Positions 1 to 9,430 of a stretch of 64,000 bases of DNA are shown here, piece after piece. The DNA lies in NCBI GenBank assembly GCA_965222375.1, contig CBDCTZ010000012.1, positions 480,001 to 544,000 on the forward strand, given 5' to 3'. The first letter of the stretch is position 1. Every line of letters begins with the position of its first letter. The notes below the pieces were generated by a model. It had not been told where the DNA came from. It worked only from the letters and a program-made list of their open reading frames with translations, and did not search any database. The position numbers and the translations under genes were made by a program. Origin of the DNA: Polyangiaceae bacterium. GTDB taxonomy: Bacteria > Myxococcota_A > Polyangia > Polyangiales > Polyangiaceae.

Positions 1-1272
1 GGTCCCCGCGAAGGGATCCTTGCGGACGATGCCGCCCTTCAAGGGAGGCTTGCCTGGATCAGTCTGGGTCGCGACGGGAGTCGGGGGCAGATCCGATACG
101 GCCACGCCAGCGAGGTCCAGCTTCTCGATCTGGGTCGCCGCCCGCTTGCGACGGGCGGAGTCAACGCTGGTTGCCTTGGTGATGCGCTCGAGGATCTCCC
201 GCTTGCGAGCCACGTCGGACTCTTGGTCCGCCGCTTTGAACAGCGAGTCTGCCCAGCGGGCCTCAAGGTCCCGGAAGGTCTGGGACTGGCGGACGTTGCT
301 GTCCACTGGAATACCTTGGGTGAGCTTCGTGTGCGCAGCTTCCAGGTTGCCGCTATCAGCCAGCGCCTTGGCCTCCTTGAGAACCGCAGCAGCGCCGTCC
401 GAGGGGACCGCCGCAACCGGGTCCGTGGGTGGCGGGGGGGCCCGGCGCAAGGTCAGCATTCCCAACACAACCAACATGCCGAGGCCGAAGACCGCCGCGA
501 TCGCCTTGACGCTCGCGGGCATGCCGCTGCTGCTCGCGGGCGGGGGAGTTAGGCGCTCCGGCGCCCCCACGCTGACTGTGGTCAGCTGCTGGCTCTCGTC
601 GGCGCCAGGGCGGAAGATCACTCCCGCGGGGATGAACTTGAAAACGACGTCCCCGAGCTCGATGCTGTCCCGGGCGTCAATCAAGCCCCGTTTGAGATCT
701 ACGCCGTTGAGGCGGATCCCGTTTGCGCTCTCACGGTCCACGAGTTCGTATCGTCCATCACCTAGGGAATGGACTTCGGCGTGAACCCGGCTGACGGAGC
801 TGTGGTTGATTGCGATGTCGCACTCTTCTCCCCGGCCGATGACCACGCGATCTCCTGCCAGGGCAAACTCTGCCCCAGGGGTTGGACCCACGAGCATGAC
901 GAGGCGATCAGGTTGCCCCAAGAGCATTTGGCTCTTGGGCACGGCCGGAACTGTGGCAGCGCGCGAGCCGACGGCAGCCACCGAGTCGTCGGTGATCTCG
1001 AGGCGGTAGTCCCCCACCTGAACCAAGTCGCCATGTTCCAGGCGCTGAGGGTCCGCTACGCGAACGCCATTGACATAGCATCCGTTGTAACTCTGGTTGT
1101 CACCGAGCAGCCATCCGGAGCCGTTGCGGTTGAGTGTAGCGTGGTGCCGCGAGATGTTTCGCTCCGTTAGACGAACCGTGTTTTCCTCGGATCGCCCTAG
1201 GGAGTACTCGTCGCGAACGAGATTGACGACCGTCTTGTTGCCCTGGTCGTCCTCGATGGAGAGCTTCCACAT
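1..1272 (-). CDS. Double FHA-domain membrane protein; 3' end runs off the window
   Basis: Not in the ORF track because there is no stop in the window. ATG at 1272 reads MWKLSIEDDQGNKTVVNLVRDEYSLGRSEENTVRLTERNISRHH (FHA GR..SR.H). A second FHA (IGRGEECDIAINHSSVSRVHAE..SANG) follows, then a hydrophobic segment. Confidence 0.85.
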   Translation of the reverse strand, partial: MWKLSIEDDQGNKTVVNLVRDEYSLGRSEENTVRLTERNISRHHATLNRNGSGWLLGDNQSYNGCYVNGVRVADPQRLEHGDLVQVGDYRLEITDDSVAAVGSRAATVPAVPKSQMLLGQPDRLVMLVGPTPGAEFALAGDRVVIGRGEECDIAINHSSVSRVHAEVHSLGDGRYELVDRESANGIRLNGVDLKRGLIDARDSIELGDVVFKFIPAGVIFRPGADESQQLTTVSVGAPERLTPPPASSSGMPASVKAIAAVFGLGMLVVLGMLTLRRAPPPPTDPVAAVPSDGAAAVLKEAKALADSGNLEAAHTKLTQGIPVDSNVRQSQTFRDLEARWADSLFKAADQESDVARKREILERITKATSVDSARRKRAATQIEKLDLAGVAVSDLPPTPVATQTDPGKPPLKGGIVRKDPFAGT

Positions 1273-1411
1273 CGCTGCTTGGTCCAAAAACTGCCCGGTT
1301 TCTCAGCGCCGGACAAGGTTGACCGGGCTGGGTAGTGGAAATTTTGCACGTCTGGTCAAAAGCATCCAGACCCAATGCGCTTCAGGTTGCTGTTTTTTTT
1401 GTCAATTCTTT

Positions 1412-2569
1412 TCACGGTTTAGCATTCCAGGGGGGGCGTCCCTCGCCGACCCGCTCGCTCAGCCGCCACAGCTGGTCGTGCAGCTTGGGGCGGGCCCGCC
1501 GAATCGCGATGTGATCGCGCGAGGGGTGGACTCGGTTCGTCAGTACGGCTGTGACCACGTTTCGGTCTGGATCGCACCATAGGCTCGTGCCCGTGAATCC
1601 AAGGTGGCCGAAAGATTCGCGGCTAGCCATACGCCCCGCACTGGAGCCCGATTCACTGATTCCGTCGAACCCCGCACGCAGACTGCCGCCGGGTCTCGGC
1701 TGGACCAGAACCCGGGCCAGAGCCGGAGCTAGGTAGTCCGTTCGGCGGCCTGCGAGGCAGTCCAGAACCAACGCGCCGAAGCGCAGCACGCTGACCACGG
1801 TTCCGAACAGTCCTGCGTGCCCCGACACGCCGTGCCCTGACAGCGCCCAAGCGTTCTCGTCGTGAACGATCCCGCGCACCGTCCCGCCTCGGAACGGCAC
1901 TATCTCCGTGGGCGCAACGATTGCGTGGAACTCCCCCGACCGCTTGTGCCACTGGGCAGCGCTGGCAAGATCCAACTCGAGCGGGCCGGTGACGTATTCG
2001 TGGATGACCTGGTCGAGCTCTGCTCCGCACGCTTGTTCCAGGCAGGCCCCCACGAGTAGATACCCCATGTCACTGTAGATGGGAGGAAACCCGCCGCGGG
2101 GGATTCGGCTCGTGCACTCCGGGCGTCGAGCGGTCGCGGCAGCCACCAGTGCTGCCAGCCGCGACACAGCGCGTCGCTCCCGCATGGGCGCGAACAGCTC
2201 GATATGGGCCTGCAGACCTGCTCGGTGGGCCAGCAACAACTCGACGCAGGCTTCGGCGCTCGGGGTCTCATCGGCTTCCGGTAGCAGCTCACCCAGGGGC
2301 TGCCTCAGGTCGAGCTTGCCGAGCTGGGCCAAGCGCACGGCGCATAGGGCGACGACCGGCTTGGTTGCACTCGCCAGGTCGAAGGGGGTGAGACAGGACG
2401 CGGGGCGGCTGCCGCCAACCTGCCCAGCCGCGCTGCAGACTTTGGCCCACTCCCTGCCAGACTGGTACGCGAAACCCGCCGCCACCGCGGGTGCCACCGC
2501 TGGCGCAACCACCTCGCGAGCCAGGAAGGCTTCCAAGTCAGCGCAAATCTCAGGGGATGGGGGAGGCAT
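1412..2569 (-). CDS. Serine hydrolase, beta-lactamase class C/esterase family
   Basis: FDLASATK (SxxK), LLAHRAGL, YSD, GHAGLF and FGHLGFTGTSLW motifs. Confidence 0.9.
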   Translation of the reverse strand: MPPPSPEICADLEAFLAREVVAPAVAPAVAAGFAYQSGREWAKVCSAAGQVGGSRPASCLTPFDLASATKPVVALCAVRLAQLGKLDLRQPLGELLPEADETPSAEACVELLLAHRAGLQAHIELFAPMRERRAVSRLAALVAAATARRPECTSRIPRGGFPPIYSDMGYLLVGACLEQACGAELDQVIHEYVTGPLELDLASAAQWHKRSGEFHAIVAPTEIVPFRGGTVRGIVHDENAWALSGHGVSGHAGLFGTVVSVLRFGALVLDCLAGRRTDYLAPALARVLVQPRPGGSLRAGFDGISESGSSAGRMASRESFGHLGFTGTSLWCDPDRNVVTAVLTNRVHPSRDHIAIRRARPKLHDQLWRLSERVGEGRPPWNAKP

Positions 2570-2616
2570 GTCTGTGGTTTTTTTGCGCCGATCTCGAGCT
2601 TTACGGCGTTGGGTTT

Positions 2617-2646
2617 TTGACCGGGCAGCTTCCGGACCGGTATGCT
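2617..2646 (+). promoter_or_regulatory. Putative sigma70-type promoter of pilC
   Basis: TTGACC-N18-TATGCT, 37 nt upstream of the pilC ATG. Confidence 0.45.
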
Positions 2647-2683
2647 TTCGGACTGCGGCATCTTATCCTGCCGCGCCCGCTCT

Positions 2684-3898
2684 ATGTCCTCGTTTGCATG
2701 GCAAGCCCGCTCCCGGACTGGGGAGCTCCGCAAGGGCACGATGGAGGCCGACGATGAGGCCGCCGTCAACGCGAAGTTGCGCCAGCAGCAGTTGTCGCCC
2801 GTCAAGGTCAAGAAGAAACGCGAGTTTGGCAGTATCCAGTTCGGCAGTGGGGTCACCACCAAGGACTTGGTGACGTTCACCCGTCTGTTCGCGACTATGA
2901 TTGATGCGGGTCTACCCCTGGTCCAGTGTTTGGAAATCCTGGGTGGGCAGCAGCAGAACAAGATCTTCGCCGGAGTGTTGAGGGACGTGAAGTCCTCGGT
3001 GGAGCAGGGCGCTTCCTTCAGTGAGGCCCTCAAACGCCACCCCAAGGTCTTCGACGAGTTGTTCGTGAACCTGGTCCATGCCGGCGAGGTAGGCGGCATC
3101 TTGGACACGATCATGGCGCGGTTGTCCGTGTACCTCGAGAAGCGCCAGAAGCTGGTGCGCCAAGTGCGTGGCGCCATGGTCTATCCGGCCATCGTCATCG
3201 TGGTGGCTTTCGGCGTGATGGCAGTGTTGCTCACCTTCGTCATCCCGGCCTTCGAGCGAATGTTCCAGGATTTCGGGGGTGGCAAAGAGGCCCTACCCAA
3301 GCTGACCCAGGTCATCGTGGCGATGTCCCACGCCTTCGTCAGCTACCTGCCCTTCTTGATCGTCGCGATGGTGATCGGGACGATTGCGTTCGTCTATTCC
3401 TATCGTACGCCAGGGGGTAAGCGTTTCTACCACCTGGCATTGCTGAAGGCGCCTCTGGTGGGTCCGGTGCTGCGCAAGATTGCCGTCGCACGCTTTACTC
3501 GCACCCTGGGCACGTTGCTGCAGTCTGGTGTCCCCATCCTTGATGCCTTGGATATCTGTGCTCGCACCAGCGGAAACGTGATCATAGAAACGGGCATTCA
3601 GCACGTCCGGCAGAAGATCAGTGAAGGCAAGAACATGGCCGAGCCTCTGGCGGAGGCAAAGGTGTTCCCGGACATGGTCGTGCAGATGATCGCCGTTGGC
3701 GAGCAGACAGGCGCCCTGGACCAGATGCTCAACAAGATCGCGGATTTTTACGAGGAAGAGACGGACATCGCAGTTGCGGCCATGACCAGCGCTATCGAAC
3801 CCATCTTGATGGTGGGCGTCGGGGGCATGGTGGGTGTGGTGTTGATTGCCATGTATCTCCCGATCTTCTCGCTGGCGGGCAACATCAAGGCCGATTGA
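2684..3898 (+). CDS. pilC: Type IV pilus inner-membrane platform protein (GspF/PilC family)
   Basis: FTRLFATMIDAGLPLVQCL, AGEVGGILD, AMVYP, GEQTGALDQML, AMYLPIF. Start moved to ATG 2684 (MSSFAWQAR). Confidence 0.95.
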   Translation: MSSFAWQARSRTGELRKGTMEADDEAAVNAKLRQQQLSPVKVKKKREFGSIQFGSGVTTKDLVTFTRLFATMIDAGLPLVQCLEILGGQQQNKIFAGVLRDVKSSVEQGASFSEALKRHPKVFDELFVNLVHAGEVGGILDTIMARLSVYLEKRQKLVRQVRGAMVYPAIVIVVAFGVMAVLLTFVIPAFERMFQDFGGGKEALPKLTQVIVAMSHAFVSYLPFLIVAMVIGTIAFVYSYRTPGGKRFYHLALLKAPLVGPVLRKIAVARFTRTLGTLLQSGVPILDALDICARTSGNVIIETGIQHVRQKISEGKNMAEPLAEAKVFPDMVVQMIAVGEQTGALDQMLNKIADFYEEETDIAVAAMTSAIEPILMVGVGGMVGVVLIAMYLPIFSLAGNIKAD

Positions 3899-3926
3899 GC
3901 GCAGCGCTCTTTCCGGGCCGACGAGG

Positions 3927-5255
3927 GTGAAGTTGGCGGTTCGACTTGGAATCCCGGAAGCGCTCGCAGACGCACCGCTTCCCCGCCGGCTAGCGTGGAT
4001 CACGCTGGCGAGGTTGGTGCTGCTTGTCGCTGCGCTGTCCCTGTTGGGTATCTTCTACCTGCGGGGTGGGTTTCGAATTGAAACCTACTCTGTACAGGTA
4101 GCGCTGATCATCCTGACCCTCTCCTTCGCCCTCGCGGGCGTCTACGCCGCGGTCTTGCGGAGCGGCAAGCGCCTCGAGCTCCTGGCGGACGCCCAACTGG
4201 TATTCGATCAGCTCACCTGGACAGTTCTCGTGTACCTCACCGGCGGCGCTTCGAGCGGCGCCACGAGCTTCTTCGGGCTCAGCTGCCTGATGGGCGCCAT
4301 CTTGCGGGGGCTGCCTGGGGCCACCCTCGCTGCCGGAAGCGCCGCAGTTTTTTACGCCGGTCTTGTGGCGCTGCTTCGCTTCGACATCATCGCTGCGCCG
4401 CCTGACCAGCCCCAATCCCTGTACCGCATCAGCGGTGACGAGCTGGCCTACTACGGGCTGGTCAACCTGCTGATGCTCGTCGTCGTGACCCTTCTCGCGG
4501 GATACCTGGCGGAGCGTTTGCGCGTGACGGGTGGTCAGCTCCAAAAGGCCGAGCAGCGGGCTGAACAGGCCGAGCGACTCGCCGCCTTGGGTCGACTGGC
4601 CGCCGGATTGGCCCACGAGATCCGCAACCCACTGGGGTCCATCGCGGGATCCATCGAACTGCTACAGTCGAGCAGCGCCCTCAGCGAAGAGGACCGGGAA
4701 CTGTGCACCATTGTGAAACAAGAGGCCGCTCGGCTCAACGATCTGGTGACCGACATGATGGACCTCACGCGACCCCGCGCGCCGCAGCTCGAGAACGTGG
4801 ATGTGGCGAGAATTGCGCGTGAAGTCGTGGAGCTCGCGGGCCATTCCGGCCGGAGCTTCGCCGACGTCCAGGTCGAATACTCTGGCGCAGAGAGTGCGCC
4901 GCTCGATGCCGACGCTGCCCAGTTGCGGCAGTTGGTGTGGAACCTGGTGCGCAATGCCGTCCAGGCCAGCAGTGCCGGCGACACGGTGCATGTGTCCGTC
5001 GATCGGTTTGAAGATGGCTCTTTCCTACTGAGCGTGGAGGACAATGGGGTCGGTATCGAGGGAGATGCACGCGAGCGCATTTTTGACGCGTTCTTCACGA
5101 CCCGCTCTCAAGGCACCGGGGTTGGACTCGCGGTTGTGAAACGGATCGTGGACGACCACGGATTCGACATCGACGTAAGCAGCGAGCACGGCCGCGGCGC
5201 GCGCTTCGAGGTGCGGCTTCCCGCTGCACAAAAGGGCGTGAACCAGACGGCGTGA
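3927..5255 (+). CDS. pilS: PilS-like membrane sensor histidine kinase
   Basis: About 6 N-terminal TM helices with LTGG..S..F; H-box LAHEIRNPL; N, G1, F and G2 boxes; directly downstream of pilC. GTG 3927 start is estimated. Confidence 0.8.
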   Translation: MKLAVRLGIPEALADAPLPRRLAWITLARLVLLVAALSLLGIFYLRGGFRIETYSVQVALIILTLSFALAGVYAAVLRSGKRLELLADAQLVFDQLTWTVLVYLTGGASSGATSFFGLSCLMGAILRGLPGATLAAGSAAVFYAGLVALLRFDIIAAPPDQPQSLYRISGDELAYYGLVNLLMLVVVTLLAGYLAERLRVTGGQLQKAEQRAEQAERLAALGRLAAGLAHEIRNPLGSIAGSIELLQSSSALSEEDRELCTIVKQEAARLNDLVTDMMDLTRPRAPQLENVDVARIAREVVELAGHSGRSFADVQVEYSGAESAPLDADAAQLRQLVWNLVRNAVQASSAGDTVHVSVDRFEDGSFLLSVEDNGVGIEGDARERIFDAFFTTRSQGTGVGLAVVKRIVDDHGFDIDVSSEHGRGARFEVRLPAAQKGVNQTA

Positions 5256-5384
5256 CCACTACGCCACAGTTGTCGTAGTTCATCGGCCAAGGCAGGGTTT
5301 CGGCCGCCGGGTCGGATCGTGAAACCTCCCAATGTTGCCTCGATTTCCCCAAGTTTTTGGGAAAATCTTGGAAAGGGTGAAGTT

Positions 5385-5401
5385 TTGGCACCCCCCTTGC
5401 G
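5385..5401 (+). promoter_or_regulatory. sigma54 (-24/-12) promoter
   Basis: TTGGCAC-CCCCC-TTGCG with exact GG-N10-GC spacing, about 40 nt upstream of the ATG at 5442. Confidence 0.7.
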
Positions 5402-5441
5402 TACAACAATGCAGGACGCACGTTAAGAAGAAGGACGAAAG

Positions 5442-6032
5442 ATGAAACGCCGCGCATTGCTCACCTTGGTCGCTGCACTTGGACTGTTCCTGGTTGCCCC
5501 CGTTGCTTCGGCGGGTCAGTCCCCGGAAGGGTTCATCAAAGAACGACAGGCGAAGCTGGCCGCGTTGCTCAAGGCAAAGGGCAGCGACGCAAAGGTCGAA
5601 GCCATCTTCGACGGAATGCTCGACTACGAAACCTTGGGCAAGAAGTCCTTGGGCAAGCATTGGGCGGAGCGCAGCAAAGCGGAGCGCGAGGAGTTCCAAA
5701 CGGTACTGAAGCGCCTCGTACGCAACGCCTATCGCAAGAACTTGAGAAAGACCCTCGACTACAAGGTCACCTACAAAGGTCAAGCCAAGGCGAAATCCGG
5801 TGTGTTGGTTCGAACCGTTGCTCGCAGTAAAGCCAACAAGCGCGAGGAACCCGTCGCCATCGACTACCTGGTTCACAAGGTCAACGGGAAGTGGCGAGTC
5901 TACGACATCACCACGGAAGGTTCGAGCTTGACCCGGAACTACCGGAGCCAGTTCAACCGGGTGATCAAGAAGAAGGGCTTCACAGAGCTGATGCGCCGAA
6001 TGAAGCGGAAGCTCGACAAAGACAAAGCATGA
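5442..6032 (+). CDS. MlaC/Ttg2D-family periplasmic lipid-binding protein
   Basis: Signal peptide; LG.HW; C-terminal IDY...W.VYDITTEGSSL..NYRSQF motif; AGGA SD-like sequence upstream. Confidence 0.85.
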   Translation: MKRRALLTLVAALGLFLVAPVASAGQSPEGFIKERQAKLAALLKAKGSDAKVEAIFDGMLDYETLGKKSLGKHWAERSKAEREEFQTVLKRLVRNAYRKNLRKTLDYKVTYKGQAKAKSGVLVRTVARSKANKREEPVAIDYLVHKVNGKWRVYDITTEGSSLTRNYRSQFNRVIKKKGFTELMRRMKRKLDKDKA

Positions 6033-6181
6033 AGTAGTTGCATAAGTACTTCTTCGTGACGGCGAGAGGGGCTGCGGCAAAGCCGCGGCCCGTCTGCTTT
6101 TGTGACGCCCCGAAACGCCCTGAACCCCACAAATCGGCCAGGTATTTCCCTTGCTAAAACCTCGCTGATACGATCAGTACG

Positions 6182-8137
6182 GTGCCCCCCCTCGAGCAAT
6201 CCCCGGCCCCGCCGTGGGTCGCGGCTGAGCTGCCGCCGGAGACCGACGACCGCGCGGTTCCTCTGAGGCTGGCAGTCGCTCAGGGCAAGCTGGGTATCGA
6301 GCTGTACCGAGAGATGGTGCTCGACCCCTTGCAGGTCACTGAGCTGTCCTTGTCGCTTCCGGGCTTGAAGTTCCCCATTGATCTAGGCGGAGGCGTTCCC
6401 GCCTTTCGTCACCGTCGTGGCGAATTGCAGCGGCTCACTCTGGTGCTTTCCCCAGCGCGCCTAGCCCGTCACTTTGGACCTACGCTTCGGGAGTTCTTGG
6501 GCGCGTTGACCCAGTTGGAGCTTTGGTCACTTGAGGAAGGCATCGGGGTTGGCATGGTGGGGGATCAGGGTGCGCTGGCGTTCGAGCTGCTCTTTTGCCC
6601 CAGCCTGGGGGACACGCGCTTGGTGGTGAGCGATCCGCGGGCCGCGGGCTTGCCGGGCCCTGCCTTGGGCTTCGCACTGCGCGCTCTGGACACAGCTCTG
6701 GGGCGAGCATTTCGGCGCAGGGGGCGCATTGTGACTCTGGAGCGTGCGGCACATCACGTGGCCCGAGCTATCTTGCCAACGGTTGGCGCTCGGGTGCCCG
6801 CGGTCGCGGGCGTGCTCTTTGGTGGCCTTGAGGCTTACGGAGACGATTTGTCCGTGACGATGGACGCCAGCTTCGGTCCGCCCCCGATGCCGTCTCGAGC
6901 TGCACGTGCGCTCGAAGTTGCGTTGCTGGTCCAGGATGCTGATGACGCTGTGAGCCGCGGCGAGCTGGACAGCGCGCGAGAGAAGTACGTGGCCGCGCTG
7001 GAGCGCGCGCCTCGGCATCCAGAGCTGTCTCGCAGTGTTGCCGAGATTGACGCGCTGTCCGGCAGTCGAGCGGAAGCGGCGCTGGGGTTGTTGATGGAGG
7101 CGCTTCCAGTGACCCGCGCCGGCGCCTTTGTCGCTGACTTGTTGGCTGAGCGCGGGGATCGCGAGGCGGCAGCGGAGGCCCTATCCGAGTCCCTTCAGCA
7201 AGAGCGGTACGCTCCCCTAGCAGCCTTGTGCTGGACGCGCTTCGCGGAGCTTGCTGGCTCCGCCCGGGAGCGCTTGAGCGCATTGGACGAGGCCGTTGCC
7301 AGGGCGCCGGCGCTGGCGCGGGTGCGATGGGCACGGTTCTTCGAACGGGTGCGTCTATCCGACGTCGAACGGGCACTGGCGGACGCCCAGCACCTCGAAG
7401 CTTCAGCCCGGGGCCCTCACGGCCGCCACGCGGTTTGCGTGCGCGTGGCCGAGAGCTTCGCCGCGGCGGATCTGCGACGCGAAGCGGGCCGGTGGTACGA
7501 ACGCGCGTTGCGCTACGTGCCGGACGACCCCGCCGCGACTGCGGGGCTTGCCCGGGCACTGGCTCGCGCCGGAAAAAGCGATCGCGCCTACACGCTCTTC
7601 GAGCGAGCAGTTGCGACCAGTGAAGCCCGGGGTGAAGTTGACGGCGATGCCCTGACGGATTTGGCACTGCATCTGGCCCAGGTACTCGGTGACCTTCCCC
7701 AAGCGGTCGCCCGAATTCGGCTGGTGCCAGCGTCCTCTCCTCGTGCTTGCGAGGCACGCTACTTGGAAGCCAGCTGGCGAGCCGCTGTGGGTGACATTGC
7801 GGGTGCGTCTTTGGCTTATGCACGCATGCGCGACACGGTGGAACTGGGTGGCTTCAGGAACGCGCCGGCTCGGTACCTGATGGAGGCAGCCGAGCACGAG
7901 AGGTCCGTTCAGAAGGACCTGATCGCGGTCGAGCGGCATTTAGCGGTCGCGATGCGCGTTGCTCCGCGGGACGGAAGGGTCGCCGATGCGTATCGCGCGG
8001 TTGCGCGGGAGATCGCCGAGGCGTCCCGACACGAGCGCCTGGCCGGGGCTGCGTCGGATGCGCTTCCGCAGCAACAGAGCGACGACTCTGCTGCTGATGG
8101 CGACACGGGTTCAGGCGCCGGCGGCGACGGCGCCTAG
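6182..8137 (+). CDS. Hypothetical TPR-repeat protein
   Basis: 651-aa ORF with an Ala/Leu/Arg-rich helical-repeat C-terminal half ([19 protein letters not shown]). Confidence 0.7.
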   Translation: MPPLEQSPAPPWVAAELPPETDDRAVPLRLAVAQGKLGIELYREMVLDPLQVTELSLSLPGLKFPIDLGGGVPAFRHRRGELQRLTLVLSPARLARHFGPTLREFLGALTQLELWSLEEGIGVGMVGDQGALAFELLFCPSLGDTRLVVSDPRAAGLPGPALGFALRALDTALGRAFRRRGRIVTLERAAHHVARAILPTVGARVPAVAGVLFGGLEAYGDDLSVTMDASFGPPPMPSRAARALEVALLVQDADDAVSRGELDSAREKYVAALERAPRHPELSRSVAEIDALSGSRAEAALGLLMEALPVTRAGAFVADLLAERGDREAAAEALSESLQQERYAPLAALCWTRFAELAGSARERLSALDEAVARAPALARVRWARFFERVRLSDVERALADAQHLEASARGPHGRHAVCVRVAESFAAADLRREAGRWYERALRYVPDDPAATAGLARALARAGKSDRAYTLFERAVATSEARGEVDGDALTDLALHLAQVLGDLPQAVARIRLVPASSPRACEARYLEASWRAAVGDIAGASLAYARMRDTVELGGFRNAPARYLMEAAEHERSVQKDLIAVERHLAVAMRVAPRDGRVADAYRAVAREIAEASRHERLAGAASDALPQQQSDDSAADGDTGSGAGGDGA

Positions 8138-9343
8138 AACGCCGTCGGCCGGGGCTGCGTCTTCGACGAATTCGCGGTGGAGATCCTGTGCGAAGGCGTC
8201 GGCAGTGTCTGCGGCCACGATAAAGCTCTGGCGGAGGGGATGAGTGAACACCGGGCTTGGCTGTTCGATCGTGGACAGGGCCGCGGCCACGCGTTCGGGA
8301 TCCGCGCCGGACTCGACGCCGACGAGACTCACGACCGCGCGGTCTCCCCGAGTCTGAACGAAGCCCGCCTGTCGCAGTGCTTCCACGGCATCACCCCCAT
8401 GGGGCACGCCGACCAGTGGCCACCATGCTGCCGCGCGATCTGCCACGACAGACAAGTCGCCGAGGGGTAGCTTCAGGTCTTGAGCCACAGCGAGCAGACG
8501 CGGCACTTCTGACGCCACCGACTCGACGACGAGTATCGGCCGCGCGACGACCACGGCCAGCAGAAGCCCCGCTGAGCCACTGGTGGAGATTAGCGTCTGG
8601 CGACCTCCGCCACCTAAGGCGTCTCCGGTTCGACGTGCGGCGATGGTGATCTTGTTGCGCCGCGCCCACTCGACCGCTTGAGCGTTCAGCACCTTGGCGC
8701 CAGCCTCTGCCATCTCCTGCATGGTTTCGTAGTCCACCTCGGGCAGATGGTTGGCGTTTTCGATACCTCGCGGGTCCGCGCTGAACACGCCGTCCACGTC
8801 GCTGTAGATTTCGCAGCGCTCTGCGTCGAGGGCGGCTGCGAGTGCGACGGCGGTCGTATCCGAACCGCCCCGGCCTAGTGTGGTGATTTCGCGCTTGTAG
8901 CTCATGCCTTGATAGCCCGCGACGATCACGATCTTGCCGCGCGCCAGTTCGTCTTCAATGCGATGCGGTCGCACTTCTATGATGCGTGCGTCGAAGTGAC
9001 GGTCCGTGGTGATGATCCCAGATTGCGAGCCCGTGAAGCTGACTGCGTCGAAGCCTCGAGCTTGGATCGCGATCGAAAGCAGCGCCATGCTCACGCGCTC
9101 TCCGGTGCTGACCAACATGTCCAACTCCCGTTTGGGCGCCTCCTGGGCGTGGTCATCGGCGGACAAGCGCGCGGCCTCAGCTGCCAACCCAAGCAGGTTG
9201 TCCGTTGCCTTGCCCATGGCACTCACGACAACGACGACGTCATGCCCCGCCTTCTTGGTGGCGACGATCTGATCAGCGACGCGCCTGACTTTGTCGATGT
9301 CCGCGACGCTCGACCCTCCGTACTTCTGAACGATGACCGGCAT
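8111..9343 (-). CDS. lysC: Aspartate kinase
   Basis: [30 protein letters not shown] and [11 protein letters not shown] motifs; start ATG 9343. Confidence 0.92.
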   Translation of the reverse strand: MPVIVQKYGGSSVADIDKVRRVADQIVATKKAGHDVVVVVSAMGKATDNLLGLAAEAARLSADDHAQEAPKRELDMLVSTGERVSMALLSIAIQARGFDAVSFTGSQSGIITTDRHFDARIIEVRPHRIEDELARGKIVIVAGYQGMSYKREITTLGRGGSDTTAVALAAALDAERCEIYSDVDGVFSADPRGIENANHLPEVDYETMQEMAEAGAKVLNAQAVEWARRNKITIAARRTGDALGGGGRQTLISTSGSAGLLLAVVVARPILVVESVASEVPRLLAVAQDLKLPLGDLSVVADRAAAWWPLVGVPHGGDAVEALRQAGFVQTRGDRAVVSLVGVESGADPERVAAALSTIEQPSPVFTHPLRQSFIVAADTADAFAQDLHREFVEDAAPADGVLGAVAAGA

Positions 9344-9430
9344 GGATCTGCCGGTAACACGCTTGCGCGTGGCGGGCCAAGTCTGCGCCAGCCCGGGCCT
9401 CAGAGGCTGGAACCCTCCATCCGCCAAGGC

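Noticed and set aside
6140..6155. AGGTATTTCCCTTGCT, a possible sigma54 box
   Set aside because: GG-N10-GC spacing is right but the -24 element is poor; a -10-like TACGAT explains the region equally well.
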